This document shows, piece by piece, positions 9,435 through 19,643 of a stretch of DNA of 64,000 nucleotides. A program made the position numbers and the translations under genes. The first letter of the stretch is position 1. Every line of letters starts with the position of its first letter. This DNA comes from Deltaproteobacteria bacterium. GTDB lineage: Bacteria > Myxococcota_A > Polyangia > Fen-1088. A model generated the notes under the pieces. It did no database searches. It saw nothing but the letters and a program-made list of their open reading frames with translations, and had not been told where the DNA came from. The stretch covers positions 32,001 to 96,000 of the forward strand of contig JANRKS010000002.1 of NCBI GenBank assembly GCA_033763315.1. Reading direction: 5' to 3'.

Positions 9435-9648
9435 TGCCGCTTAAGTCTAAGTGCACACTGATCCATGGTCGAGGCGTAACTTGAAATACGATTGCAGCAG
9501 GCCATGAAGAGCGCACGTGAATCACGTTAAGCATGCCTGATGCTCTCGTTTGGCTACGTCATTTTGTCGAACCGCTGACTGCAAACCCTTGGCCCGCTGC
9601 TGTCATCTTTGTGACGTAAGGGGCGCCTTGATGGTCCGTGGATCGCAG

Positions 9649-11724
9649 CTAGCGGCCATTCGATTCGAAACCGTAGAGGAGAATGCCTTGAGCTTGCGTT
9701 GCGGAGCCATCCACGAAACCACAGCTTCCAAGCGCTCCGTGGCCCTGGTAAGCGCCGAAGTTCGGCGCGTAAAGGCAGGCCTCCTTGTTTTCGCACAAGC
9801 CGTTGTCATTGCCAATGCCATCTCCCAAGAGCTCAAGCGCACTACCAAGGAAAGTGACCTTCTGCAGCTCATCGTGAATCGTTCTCGATCCATTGACCGA
9901 CGAAGGACACGGTTGGCCCGCCACAAAGGGCTCGGCTGGTGTGGAGGCGCGGCCCGTGCCACTTCGGAGCGTGGTGTCGTTGATGCGAAGGCTCCAATCA
10001 AAGATCAAGCAGCTCGAATCCTCCGGCGTGCATAGCGCTTTTCTTGTGGCCGGAGCAGGAGCGATCTCAATGCCCCACGCGCGTTCTGGGTTCTGCAGCG
10101 GCCACCACTGCAGGTCTTTGCTGTAAGGCGCCGCGCCGTCAACGTCTGCGGGGCTGGCATCATCGTTTGTCACCTTGCCGATGAAGGAGCTTTTTGCGGA
10201 AGCGCCGGCTTGAAATGCCACCTCAGATTGCGCCTGCGGCTGATTAAGAGGACGGCAAGCCGTATCGAAGGAAGCAGGGGAGTCAGGGCCCGGATTACAC
10301 GTCGCTTGCGCGCCCACCAACAGATCACCCGAGAAAGCCAGGCTGTTCGCACCGCTGACGCCGAGACTGTTGCCCACGATGTCCAACAGGGCCGCTTGCG
10401 AAACCGATAGGTTCCGCCCGCTGCCGAAAAAGATCCCTGCACCCGCGTCGTGCACCAACACGTTGGCCACAAGGTTGGCGTCACCTTCGAGTGTGATGCC
10501 CCAAACCGTGTGAATGATCGAAGCGCCCGAGATCATGTTGTGGTGGCATCCATCGCCAATCGAAACCGTGGAACGGCTGGATGAAATGCGCACACCGGTA
10601 AATGCATTGAATGAGGTGCGCTCCTCGAGATAAAGCGCGTAGCCCGCATTGAAGATGCGCGTGTCCCAGAAGATGTTGGCGTGGCAATCCCACAGCTCGA
10701 GCGCTGCGTTGCCGAAGTTGGCCCAACCCGTTCGCCGAATGTGGCTGTGGCGCATGCGCACGGCCCACAGACCCAAGGTGCTGACGTTGGCGGCGCGCCT
10801 ATCGAAGCTCCCCTCAATCCACACTCGTTCACGATCCGTAATCAGAAACAGGGCGGCATAGTTGGGCGCCTTTTGATCTGTGGGTGGATACACAAACGAA
10901 AGGCCCTCCTCCACGAGGCTGACCACGGCGTTACCAAGCGTCACCACCGACACGCCATCGGCCACGATCGCATAACCGCGGCTGCGCTGATCGGCCGCCG
11001 CGACATACACCGCGCCCGCTTCTTCAAGTTTGGCGAAGTTTTGGCCCGCATCGCAACCCACGCCCAGGGAGGGCGTGCAACCATCGGCGTTTGCGGGCAA
11101 CGGACGAACAGGATTGCTCCACCACGCGGCCAGCTCTGAAACCGCACGCCTCCGCCCAGACACGATCACTCTGTTTGGCTTCCAACCCGATGCGGTCACC
11201 AAATCCGCGAGGCCGCGATCGGCGCGCAGATGCCCAACGAACTCGGCGCCGCTGGCGCTGTTTTCACAGGTCCAATCGAATACGCCCAGCTCATCTTTCA
11301 TGACGAGCCCGTCGCACGACGTGCCGGTTATCTTTGCGCGCCGGATGGCTCCGTAATGTTTGCACAAGCCAAAGGCATCATCGCTGGGGCCGCAGTTGAG
11401 CGTCGGATCGCTGGCAGCGCCGTAGTCGTTCCAGTTTGGCCGCGCGGCAACGGGCTCGACCGTGATCGTGGGGGCGGGCACGTCGCCACCGTCAGGTTTC
11501 GGCTCCGCGTCCAGCGGTGGCGCGAGTCCATCAGGGGCGGAGGTGGCATCACCAAGGTCGTTGCCGTCGATGGACGCATCCACGGGCCCGCCCTGCTCCG
11601 GCTCTTCGCCAGAGCACGCCCATGACAACAGGCCGCAGATAAAGATCAGACATCGAAGGAGCGAGGCGTGCTTGAGCAGGACGCCAGCGCGAGACATTCG
11701 TTGGTGAAGGGGCAACGGGTTCAC
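9649..11724 (-). CDS. Lipoprotein with right-handed beta-helix (pectin-lyase-like) repeats; start may be 11697
   Basis: Lipobox SWA-C; repeats such as LELWDCHANIF, LYLEERTSFNAF, SIGDGCHHNMI; Cys-containing C-terminus NDNGLCE..EAC.YAPNFGAYQGHG. Confidence 0.65.
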   Translation of the reverse strand: MNPLPLHQRMSRAGVLLKHASLLRCLIFICGLLSWACSGEEPEQGGPVDASIDGNDLGDATSAPDGLAPPLDAEPKPDGGDVPAPTITVEPVAARPNWNDYGAASDPTLNCGPSDDAFGLCKHYGAIRRAKITGTSCDGLVMKDELGVFDWTCENSASGAEFVGHLRADRGLADLVTASGWKPNRVIVSGRRRAVSELAAWWSNPVRPLPANADGCTPSLGVGCDAGQNFAKLEEAGAVYVAAADQRSRGYAIVADGVSVVTLGNAVVSLVEEGLSFVYPPTDQKAPNYAALFLITDRERVWIEGSFDRRAANVSTLGLWAVRMRHSHIRRTGWANFGNAALELWDCHANIFWDTRIFNAGYALYLEERTSFNAFTGVRISSSRSTVSIGDGCHHNMISGASIIHTVWGITLEGDANLVANVLVHDAGAGIFFGSGRNLSVSQAALLDIVGNSLGVSGANSLAFSGDLLVGAQATCNPGPDSPASFDTACRPLNQPQAQSEVAFQAGASAKSSFIGKVTNDDASPADVDGAAPYSKDLQWWPLQNPERAWGIEIAPAPATRKALCTPEDSSCLIFDWSLRINDTTLRSGTGRASTPAEPFVAGQPCPSSVNGSRTIHDELQKVTFLGSALELLGDGIGNDNGLCENKEACLYAPNFGAYQGHGALGSCGFVDGSATQAQGILLYGFESNGR

Positions 11725-11857
11725 GCGCGCTTTATTAGCACGAACCGCAACGCCGTTTGCTCACGTCTTGAGAAAAGGTTGTTGGTGGCCAGCAAGGACG
11801 CGCCGGAACATGTGCTGTGCCGGCGCGCCGATGCCAAACGACGTTGCGATCGAGTTT

Positions 11858-13009
11858 CTAGTAAGCGACTTTAGACCAAGCGCGGTTCTTGCTGGAAGCC
11901 ACCACCGCGTCGCAGATGAGCAGTTGGTTGTGCCCATCTTTGAAGGTGGAAAACGTTGGGGTGCCTTTGGCGCCCGCCGCGATAAAGCCATACACGTTGG
12001 CGAACAGGTTGTAGGGCCCTTCCGAATAGCCTTCCGGGTGCCCACCCGGGTAGTGCGAAAACGAACGCGCCTCGGGGTCCATCAGCGAAGCGTCTTTGAT
12101 CATGTCTTGATTGGCGACGTCGCGACGACCAATCCACAACGAGTTGGGCTGCTCTTGATCCCAAGACAAGGCGCCTTCTTGGCAATCGGCTTCAAGGTAG
12201 AGGCGGTTCTTGCGGCCGGCCGAGACCTGGCTGATGACGCAAGAGCCAGAGGCACCGCTTCTTGTGCGGAACAAAATTGTGGCCGTGTCTTCAGTGACCA
12301 CGGGCACATCTGTGTAGTCGTCCGCAGTGAGGATCTTGCCCGAGTATGTTTGCATCGCTTGCCGCGGCTTCTTGCGCGATTTGTGCACGATGTTGAGATC
12401 GGCCATCACTTCCACCACCGGATCGTTGGTGATGAATTGCACGGTGTCGAACCAGTGGCTGCCGATGTCACCCACAGCACGCGACTCACCGCCTGATTCC
12501 ACTTCAATGCGCCAGTTGTAGTCCGTTTCTTTGATCAACCAGTCCTGCAGGTAAGACCCGTGCAGCAAGAATAGGCGACCCATGCGGCCGGACTGCACCA
12601 TGGCTCGCATCTGCTGAACCAGGGGATAGTTGCGGTAGTTGAAATGAATGGCGTTGACGACGCCCGTGCGTTCAGCGATCTGCACAAGCTCCGCAGATTC
12701 GCGCGACGTGCGCGCCAGTGGCTTTTCCGAAACCACGTGCTTGCCCGCTTGCATGATGGCTTTCGACATCTCGAAATGCATCGAGTTTGGGGTGCAGTTG
12801 TGCACAACTTCGATTTCGGGGTCGGCGATCAGTTGCAGGGCATTGCCGTAGGCTTTCGGTATGTGCAGCTCATCGGCCTTGCGGCGTGCCAATTCTTCGT
12901 TGGCTTCGCCCAGCGCCACAACGTCCACGTAGCCTAAACGGCGAAGGGCCTCTGCATGAATCGGCCCCATCATGCCGCTGCCAATAATTCCCACTTTGAT
13001 GCGTTTCAT
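11858..13009 (-). CDS. Gfo/Idh/MocA family NAD(P)-dependent oxidoreductase
   Basis: MKRIKVGIIGSGMMG Rossmann motif, CTPN..H, GKHVVSEKP, DIGSHW; start reassigned to ATG 13009. Confidence 0.92.
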   Translation of the reverse strand: MKRIKVGIIGSGMMGPIHAEALRRLGYVDVVALGEANEELARRKADELHIPKAYGNALQLIADPEIEVVHNCTPNSMHFEMSKAIMQAGKHVVSEKPLARTSRESAELVQIAERTGVVNAIHFNYRNYPLVQQMRAMVQSGRMGRLFLLHGSYLQDWLIKETDYNWRIEVESGGESRAVGDIGSHWFDTVQFITNDPVVEVMADLNIVHKSRKKPRQAMQTYSGKILTADDYTDVPVVTEDTATILFRTRSGASGSCVISQVSAGRKNRLYLEADCQEGALSWDQEQPNSLWIGRRDVANQDMIKDASLMDPEARSFSHYPGGHPEGYSEGPYNLFANVYGFIAAGAKGTPTFSTFKDGHNQLLICDAVVASSKNRAWSKVAY

Positions 13010-13151
13010 GGGCCGAACGGTATCGGCCGCCCCAGGCCCTGTCAAACGCTTCGGCCCCGTGCCCGTGATTTCCGCGACGTCGCGCGGAGCATTGGCAAAA
13101 ACGTCCTGACTCGGCAACTGGCTCCGCCGATGCACGGCGTCGACGCGAGCC

Positions 13152-14144
13152 TCATGGGCAACCGATGCGCGCTTTGTCGATCGCCACATCATCGAACCAG
13201 AGGTCAAAGCCTGCAGCTTCTTCTTCGCCATACATCTGCCATCCAATCCACAAACGGTTGAAAGTGGGCGCGGGCCATGTGGGGGCATCCGATGGCATGC
13301 GATGTAGCTCGGCGACTTCGATGTTGTCTTGCCAATAGCGCAATTCATTCTTGTTGCCATCGAACAACCACTCGGTGCACACCCAACGGTTGGTGGGGGC
13401 CGTGTATGGCACCGTCTGGCCTTTGCGATCGAAGAAGCGGTTGGTGGGGATCCCGTCGTCGCGCGAGCCGGTGTAGTAGTTCGCCATCAAACGCTGCGTT
13501 TCTATGCCATAGCGATACTCAGCAGAGCCGCCCGCAGCCACATTGCCCGAGGCCGCGAACAAGCTGATGTGACGAACCGGCGCGGGGGCCGCCAGGTAGA
13601 GCCACACGCGGCCGTAAACAACGTTGCCCAGGGGGACCAAAGGTTTCTTCACCACAAGGCGCACGCCGTCGTCGCGCTTATTCGCCGCATGAAGGTGCAG
13701 GGCACGTTTGCCGCCGTGCACACGCGCCGTGTCGACGGTCAATGTGTTGGCATTGCCCGAAGCGCCGCCTATTTCCACCTTCCACTGTGCGGTGTCGATG
13801 GCCGTGGTCTCGAAATCGTCGCAGAGCCAGCGGGCGTTTGGATTGCACACGACGGTCAAGCCCCCGTCGGCGGCCGCATCAGGTTTGGCGGTTGCGATGG
13901 CTGCGTCGGACTGTGGCAAAACCGCCGCATCGCTCACGTGCTCGGGTGGGGAGCCCGCATGGCCGCCGCGCTCACCCCTCGCGGCATCGATGGTGCCTCC
14001 GCTTCCGCCCTGGGCCGGTGTTTCGCCCTCGGCTTCCGCATCGACAGGTGGGTCGTGCCCCGTTGTACCGCACGCGGGCACTGTGAATAGGGCGCAGACC
14101 GTAAGAGTTGCCAGAACGTTGGCACGCGGAAAGGCTTGGGTCAT
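13152..14144 (-). CDS. Lipoprotein with Cip1-like / polysaccharide-lyase-like beta-sandwich domain
   Basis: Lipobox VPA-C; LCDDFE, VDTAR.HGGKRALH, VYGRVWLY, WVCTEW.FDG, LWFDDVAID..RIGCP. Confidence 0.6.
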   Translation of the reverse strand: MTQAFPRANVLATLTVCALFTVPACGTTGHDPPVDAEAEGETPAQGGSGGTIDAARGERGGHAGSPPEHVSDAAVLPQSDAAIATAKPDAAADGGLTVVCNPNARWLCDDFETTAIDTAQWKVEIGGASGNANTLTVDTARVHGGKRALHLHAANKRDDGVRLVVKKPLVPLGNVVYGRVWLYLAAPAPVRHISLFAASGNVAAGGSAEYRYGIETQRLMANYYTGSRDDGIPTNRFFDRKGQTVPYTAPTNRWVCTEWLFDGNKNELRYWQDNIEVAELHRMPSDAPTWPAPTFNRLWIGWQMYGEEEAAGFDLWFDDVAIDKARIGCP

Positions 14145-14253
14145 CCAAAAGCTATCGTTTGCGCCTGGATTGGCCTTCTACGCGCTCAAAACTTTCTTAA
14201 ATAAAACGGCAAGGGCCATGAAAGGTCGGGTGCCTCCCCTTCGATAGGCTTAC

Positions 14254-15981
14254 GTGGCAAGACGGCAGTTCAGGACTTGGCAGCAGCGCTGTGCACTTCT
14301 GTGTGTGACCCTGGCAACGGCGTGCATGGGCAACATTGAAGGAAGCTCCACCGGTTCGGGTGGCACTGACGGCGACGGAAAGGGTGAGGGCGGCGAAGGG
14401 GTATTTGCTGAGGGCGTCATTCCGCCTTTGCCCACGGCCGAGGCCAGTGCCTGTTTGGCGGGCACGGCGGCGCCCACAACGGCCAATGCGGTGTTTCGCC
14501 GCTTGAACCGCACCGAATACGACAACACGGTGCGCGATCTGTTGGGTGATCTCACGCGGCCAGCCGGTAAGTTCCCGGCCGAAGAGCGCGCGCTTGGCTT
14601 CGATAACAACGCCGCCGCTCTCACCACATCGCCTGTGTTGATCGAGCAGTACGTATCCACCGCGGAGGCGCTCGCTGCCAGCGCCATCAGCAAGCTGCAG
14701 ACGTTGGCGCCTTGTGATAACCCCACGACCAACGCCCGCGCGTGTGGACAAAAATTCATTGACGGTTTTGCAAACCGGGCCTTTCGGCGGCCTTTGCAAG
14801 ACAGCGAGCGCACGGGATTGCAAGCGTTGTTCGACGAGGGCGCGAAGGTGGACTACGTCTCCGGCATCCGCATGGTCATCGAAGCCACATTAGGTGCGGC
14901 ACCTTTTCTTTACCGCGTTGAAATCGGCGAGGGTGGGGGGCCCAATGGCCTGCGCAAACTGACGTCATGGGAGATGGCGTCGCGCATTTCATACTTCATT
15001 ACCCAATCCATGCCCGATGCCCCACTTATGACGGCGGCCGCGGCCAACGAGTTGCAAACACCAGCGCAAATCAGGCAACACGTGGACAGGCTCCTGCAGA
15101 CACCAGCGGCCGCCGATATGGTGGCGCGATTTGCAGACCTCTGGCTGAAGTTTGAATTGCTGCCCGGCTTGGTGAAGGACGCCAAAATGTTTCCCGATTT
15201 CGGCGTCAACACCATTGCGTCGCTGCAAACGCAGGCGCGCAAATTTATAGACGAATGGATGGTCAAAGATGGCGGCCGCTTAGACGCCTTGATGAATGCG
15301 TCATACACATTCATGGACGCGGGGCTGGCGAAGATCTACGGAGCGCCAGCCGTCACGGGGAACGGTTTTGTGAAAACGACACGGGAGGATTCCCGCCAGC
15401 GCGGCGTTTTGGCACAGCCAGCCTTAATGGCGATGTTGGCACACGCCAACCAAACGGCACCGGTGCACCGCGGAAAGTTCGTGCGCGAACAATGGCTCTG
15501 CGATGAACTGCCGCCGCCGCCCCCAGGGCTTTCGATCGCAGGGCCTGCCTTGGATCCCGGGTTAACCACCCGTGAGCGGTTTGCACAACATTCCGCGCAG
15601 CCAGCGTGCCGTGGTTGCCATCAACAGATGGATCCCATTGGGCTTGGGTTCGAGAACTTCGATGCTTTGGGAAAATTTCGCACGCAAGAAAACGGCAAAC
15701 CTGTGGACGCGCATGGCGAGCTCACAGACACAGACGTGGATGGCACGTTTGACGGAGCCGCCGAACTGCAGACGCGCTTGGCTCAAAGTTCAAAGGTGAA
15801 ACAGTGTGTGGTGAGGCACTGGTTTAGGTTCGCCTCCGGCCGCAAGGAAACACCGCTTGATGCATGCACATTGCGACGCCTTGCCGACGCGTTTGATCGC
15901 AAAGACGCAGGCTTTCCCGAACTCATCATGGCCATCGCACAAAGCGATGCCTTCCTGTTTCGCAACGTCGAATCGCTGTAG
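14254..15981 (+). CDS. DUF1592/DUF1588 haem-c lipoprotein, copy 2
   Basis: Lipobox ATA-C; RRLNRTEYDNTVRDLLG, GFDN, EMASRISYF...PD, PVHRGKFVRE, CRGCH, DPIGLGFENFD. Confidence 0.92.
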   Translation: MARRQFRTWQQRCALLCVTLATACMGNIEGSSTGSGGTDGDGKGEGGEGVFAEGVIPPLPTAEASACLAGTAAPTTANAVFRRLNRTEYDNTVRDLLGDLTRPAGKFPAEERALGFDNNAAALTTSPVLIEQYVSTAEALAASAISKLQTLAPCDNPTTNARACGQKFIDGFANRAFRRPLQDSERTGLQALFDEGAKVDYVSGIRMVIEATLGAAPFLYRVEIGEGGGPNGLRKLTSWEMASRISYFITQSMPDAPLMTAAAANELQTPAQIRQHVDRLLQTPAAADMVARFADLWLKFELLPGLVKDAKMFPDFGVNTIASLQTQARKFIDEWMVKDGGRLDALMNASYTFMDAGLAKIYGAPAVTGNGFVKTTREDSRQRGVLAQPALMAMLAHANQTAPVHRGKFVREQWLCDELPPPPPGLSIAGPALDPGLTTRERFAQHSAQPACRGCHQQMDPIGLGFENFDALGKFRTQENGKPVDAHGELTDTDVDGTFDGAAELQTRLAQSSKVKQCVVRHWFRFASGRKETPLDACTLRRLADAFDRKDAGFPELIMAIAQSDAFLFRNVESL

Positions 15982-15989
15982 AGGACGTC

Positions 15990-17345
15990 ATGGCATCTCA
16001 TCTTTCCCGTCGCACGATTCTGCGCAGCGGCTCATTTGCCGTGGGCCTGCCGTTTTTGGACGCCATGATGCGTCCGCGACGCAGTCAAGCAGCCACACCC
16101 AAGCGGTTTGTGGTGTTCTTTCAGCCAGGCGGCAACCTGCGAGAAAAGTGGCTGCCCGGCGGCGCCGATACCAATTTCACTTTGTCGCCTCAGCTTGCGC
16201 CGCTGCAGGCGTGGAAGAGCAAGCTTGTGATCATTGACGGCGTGGCCATGAGCTCCACGCGCAGTGGCCCCGGCGACGATCACTTGCGCGGCATGGGACA
16301 CCAATTGACCGCGCAGGCCTTACAAGCGGGAAGCAACCTTGGTGCCGGTTTGGCAGGTGGCCCCTCTGTGGATCAAGTGATCGCCAGCAAGATTGGCGCG
16401 GGAACACCATTTGCCTCAAAGGAATTCGGTGTGCAAACATGGACGGGCTTTGCGCCAGGAGGCGGCGGCACCGCGTGGGACTATTTGGCCTATGCATCGG
16501 CGGGGAAGGCGTTGCCAGCTGAAGACAATCCAACCACAATCTTTTCGTCGATGTTCAAGGGGTTGCCAGCCAAGGGCGCAACCGGCCCCGATCCCGCGCT
16601 TGTGCAGCGTTTGGCCCAGCGTAAGAGCGTTCTCGACTTCGTGAAAGGCAGCTACAGCACGCTGTTGCCAAAAGTCAGCCGCGAGGATCGACAACGTCTT
16701 GATGCCCACCTTACAGGCATTCGAGACATTGAAACGCGTCTGACGTCTTTGAACCAGCCCCCTGAGATGAGCTCAAACTGCATGCAGCCGCCGCTTTCCA
16801 ACGTCGGTTACCACGACCGTTCAAAATATGGCGAGGTGGGAAAACTGCAAAGCGATCTATTGGCGATGGCGTTGGCGTGCGATCTTACCCGCGTGGCCAC
16901 CTTGCAATACCACCGCAGCGGCAGCGACGTGGTGTTCTCGTGGCTGGGCATCACGGGCAACCACCATGGCATCGATCACGAGCCTGACAGCAACGCAGAC
17001 GCACAGGCTAGCATTCTCAAAATCAGCAAATGGTACAACGAGCAACTGGCGTATCTTTTGGCAAAGCTTGACTCCTACAAAGAGCCAGGCGGCTCGGTGC
17101 TCGACAATTCTTTGGTGCTCCACACGGTTGAGTTGTCGCGCGGCAACGTGCATTCGCACAACGCACAACCGTATGTGCTGGCCGGAGGTGCGGGCGGCGC
17201 GGTGGCCACCGGCAGGTTCTTGAAAATCCAGAACCGCAGCCACAACGATCTGTTGCTGACCTGCATGGCGGCGGTGGGCGCGCCCGCGGCAACCTTTGGT
17301 GATCCATCGCTTTGCACCGGCCCGCTGCCTGGCGTGCTCGTGTAA
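15990..17345 (+). CDS. DUF1552 Tat-exported protein, copy 2
   Basis: LSRRTILR..VGLPFLDAM, SVDQVIA, RKSVLDFV, LDAHL..IRDIE, ALACDLTRVATL, HHGIDH, GNVHSH. Confidence 0.93.
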   Translation: MASHLSRRTILRSGSFAVGLPFLDAMMRPRRSQAATPKRFVVFFQPGGNLREKWLPGGADTNFTLSPQLAPLQAWKSKLVIIDGVAMSSTRSGPGDDHLRGMGHQLTAQALQAGSNLGAGLAGGPSVDQVIASKIGAGTPFASKEFGVQTWTGFAPGGGGTAWDYLAYASAGKALPAEDNPTTIFSSMFKGLPAKGATGPDPALVQRLAQRKSVLDFVKGSYSTLLPKVSREDRQRLDAHLTGIRDIETRLTSLNQPPEMSSNCMQPPLSNVGYHDRSKYGEVGKLQSDLLAMALACDLTRVATLQYHRSGSDVVFSWLGITGNHHGIDHEPDSNADAQASILKISKWYNEQLAYLLAKLDSYKEPGGSVLDNSLVLHTVELSRGNVHSHNAQPYVLAGGAGGAVATGRFLKIQNRSHNDLLLTCMAAVGAPAATFGDPSLCTGPLPGVLV

Positions 17346-17390
17346 GGGCTCGCTTTGTGAGCCAGGTGTCGGGTTATACTCGGCTCACCC

Positions 17391-18293
17391 GTGTGGATCC
17401 TGGCGGCCGCTCTAAAAATTGTGTTGGGTGGCAGTGCTGTACCAATCAGCCCGGCGCCAGCGTGCCCGGCCGTCGAAGCTGTGGCGCAAGCGGCGCGCCA
17501 TCTTGGCGTGCCCGCGACTGAACTTGAAGCCCTTTTGCCGACGTTGAGCGTGCAAGAGACACCGCAAGGTTTTGACGTTGTGGCCGCGGGGCAGACCCGA
17601 ACGTATGTAGATGCGGAGCGTGATTGTGAACGGCGCGCGCGGTGGGCGGCGGCGTTCGTTGCGCTTGTCGCCACGCCCGCGGAGCCTGCGGAACCTCTGC
17701 CGCCTGTGCCACCACCCCCACCAGCGCCAACGCCTCCCGCGCCCATGACGCTGCCTGCGCCGCCCTTGTGGCACGTGAGCAATGAGCTCTCGATTGATGC
17801 TGTAGCGAGCGCCGATGTTTCATCCGCCGCGGTGGGCGGGTTGTGGCGGATCGCGATCATGCGCGCACGCTGGGGCGCCGCGATCGGTGTCGGCTCCCCT
17901 TACCAACAAACGGCGACGTTGGACGTTCCTGTGCGAGTGCGCCAAAGGCGCTGGCCGCTCGATGTGGCCGTCCGTTGGCAGCTCCGGCCCATGAGCCGGG
18001 CTTGGGATCTGGTGTTGGCGGCTGGCCTGGGTCTCGTTCATATGCGTGACATGGCATTCACTCCCAACGGCACGGGCGCCCAAGTGGCCGCCTGGCAAAC
18101 CGGCTTTAAAGCCGAATGTTTGCCGCGCGTGAAGATCTTGTCATGGCTTTGGGCGCAAGCGGCTATTGAGCTCACGGCCTTTCCTGCACCATCTTCGTAC
18201 CGCCTGGAGCCCGAAGGCCGCGTGGGCACCTCCGAACGGCTCCTGGCCCGTGCCAGCCTTGGCTTTGTTGTGGATTGGCCACCCCTTCCATGA
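17391..18293 (+). CDS. Secreted hypothetical protein: Cys-containing N-domain, Pro linker, possible outer-membrane beta-strand C-domain
   Basis: Signal-like N-terminus, ACP...RDC motif, PPVPPPPPAP linker, alternating hydrophobic strands; immediately upstream of an ECF sigma gene. Confidence 0.55.
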   Translation: MWILAAALKIVLGGSAVPISPAPACPAVEAVAQAARHLGVPATELEALLPTLSVQETPQGFDVVAAGQTRTYVDAERDCERRARWAAAFVALVATPAEPAEPLPPVPPPPPAPTPPAPMTLPAPPLWHVSNELSIDAVASADVSSAAVGGLWRIAIMRARWGAAIGVGSPYQQTATLDVPVRVRQRRWPLDVAVRWQLRPMSRAWDLVLAAGLGLVHMRDMAFTPNGTGAQVAAWQTGFKAECLPRVKILSWLWAQAAIELTAFPAPSSYRLEPEGRVGTSERLLARASLGFVVDWPPLP

Positions 18294-18355
18294 TTTTTCT
18301 TCGGTCAACATTGAAGGTGGCGCGCGTTTGTTTCGATGGGATCTAAGTAACACCT

Positions 18356-18976
18356 GTGTTTGCGGCAGCCATTTCACCCGTGCGCTCCCAAGACGCCGCC
18401 AGCGTTGACGCGCAGGCGCGCCCTGAGGCAGGGCATCCGCCCCCCGAGCTGACACTCGAGAAGCTTTACGAGGATTGGCACGACCAGGTGCAACGGTGGG
18501 TGAGCGCGCTGGGGGGCCCGCAAATGGATCGCGACGACGTGACCCAGGATGTATTCATATCGGCGCGCAAGCGCTTGGCGTCATTCGATGGAAAGAATTT
18601 GCCCGGTTGGTTGTTTGCCATCACCAAGCGGCGCGTGATCGATCACCAACGAGGCGCGTGGTTCAAGCATGTGTTTTCTCGACGTGACGAGCGGGCGTTG
18701 GAGGAACTGCCGGCACCAGGCGCTCACTTGGACGCGCAACTCGAGCTGCACACGCGCCGCCGGGTCTTGCACGCGCTGCTCGATCGCATGAGCCTCAAAC
18801 GCCGCACCGTGTTCGTGCTGTTCGAGATCGAAGGGCTTTCTGGCGAAGAGATCGCGACACTGGAGCAAATACCGGTCAACACGGTGTGGACGCGTTTGCA
18901 CCATGCGCGCAGAGATTTTTTTGCCATGGCGGCCGAATTCCAAAAGGACCGTGTAAAGGGCGGGGAGCCTGGGTGA
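18356..18976 (+). CDS. ECF RNA polymerase sigma factor (start uncertain, 18356 or 18380)
   Basis: Region 2 DDVTQDVF...WLFAI; region 4 RRTVFVLFEIEGLSGEEIA...VNTVWTRLHHAR. Confidence 0.92.
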   Translation: MFAAAISPVRSQDAASVDAQARPEAGHPPPELTLEKLYEDWHDQVQRWVSALGGPQMDRDDVTQDVFISARKRLASFDGKNLPGWLFAITKRRVIDHQRGAWFKHVFSRRDERALEELPAPGAHLDAQLELHTRRRVLHALLDRMSLKRRTVFVLFEIEGLSGEEIATLEQIPVNTVWTRLHHARRDFFAMAAEFQKDRVKGGEPG

Positions 18977-18977
18977 A

Positions 18978-19643
18978 ATGATGAAAAGACTCTTGGAAGA
19001 CGCGGATCAAGCCAGCACCTTTGGGGGATCACTTCTGCAAGCGGCGGAAGTGGTGTCACCTGATCCGCGTCGCAAGCGCGCCAACTGGGTCGCGTTGCAA
19101 AGCAAACGACGGCCGCGCGCGTGGCTGTGGCGGCCCGCGCTGGTCACGTGTTTTCTTGCGTCAACCGCATTGGCATCCACATTGTTGCCTCGCTTGTTTT
19201 CACATGCGCCAGCCACGCCGTCGGCCAAATCCATGCGCGTGATTGCCCCGGCGGCTCCCGCGGTCGTGCTCCCTGCGCCGAAAGAGGCTCCCACACCAGC
19301 GCCGCCCGTTGTGGTGCCATCGCCTGCGGCGATCCACAAACAAGCCAAAGCCACGGCACAGGCGGAACTTGTGCGAAAAGCCGATGCCGACGACGAGGTG
19401 CTCGCCGCCATCCGTCTTTTGCGCGCAGGCAAGGATCCGGAACTGGCTTCGGCGCTGGCCGAGCTATATTTGCATCGTCATCCTGACGGCGTGCTGGCCG
19501 AGGAAGCGCTGGCGGTGCTCAGCCGGTCTTATGAAGGGCGTGCGCCCGGCAAAGCTGTGCGCCTGGCGAAGCTCTATTTGCAGCGCTTTCCTCACGGTGC
19601 CTACGCAGCGTCCATGCAGCGTCTCGTTGGGTCTTCGCCGTGA
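18978..19643 (+). CDS. Putative anti-sigma factor, single TM with C-terminal TPR-like helices
   Basis: Follows the sigma gene by 1 bp; TM ALVTCFLASTALA; Pro linker; two Y-L-x-R-x-P-x-G motifs (YLHRHPDG, YLQRFPHG). Confidence 0.65.
   Translation: MMKRLLEDADQASTFGGSLLQAAEVVSPDPRRKRANWVALQSKRRPRAWLWRPALVTCFLASTALASTLLPRLFSHAPATPSAKSMRVIAPAAPAVVLPAPKEAPTPAPPVVVPSPAAIHKQAKATAQAELVRKADADDEVLAAIRLLRAGKDPELASALAELYLHRHPDGVLAEEALAVLSRSYEGRAPGKAVRLAKLYLQRFPHGAYAASMQRLVGSSP

Noticed and set aside
9515-9527. Perfect palindrome ACGTGA-A-TCACGT upstream of the 9434 gene
   Set aside because: Short, single occurrence, with no supporting promoter context.
14200-14253. Possible c-di-GMP riboswitch (GGCAA...GAAA) upstream of DUF1592 copy 2
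   Set aside because: It lacks the GCAAA/GGTC second stem and the paired elements of the GEMM motif.
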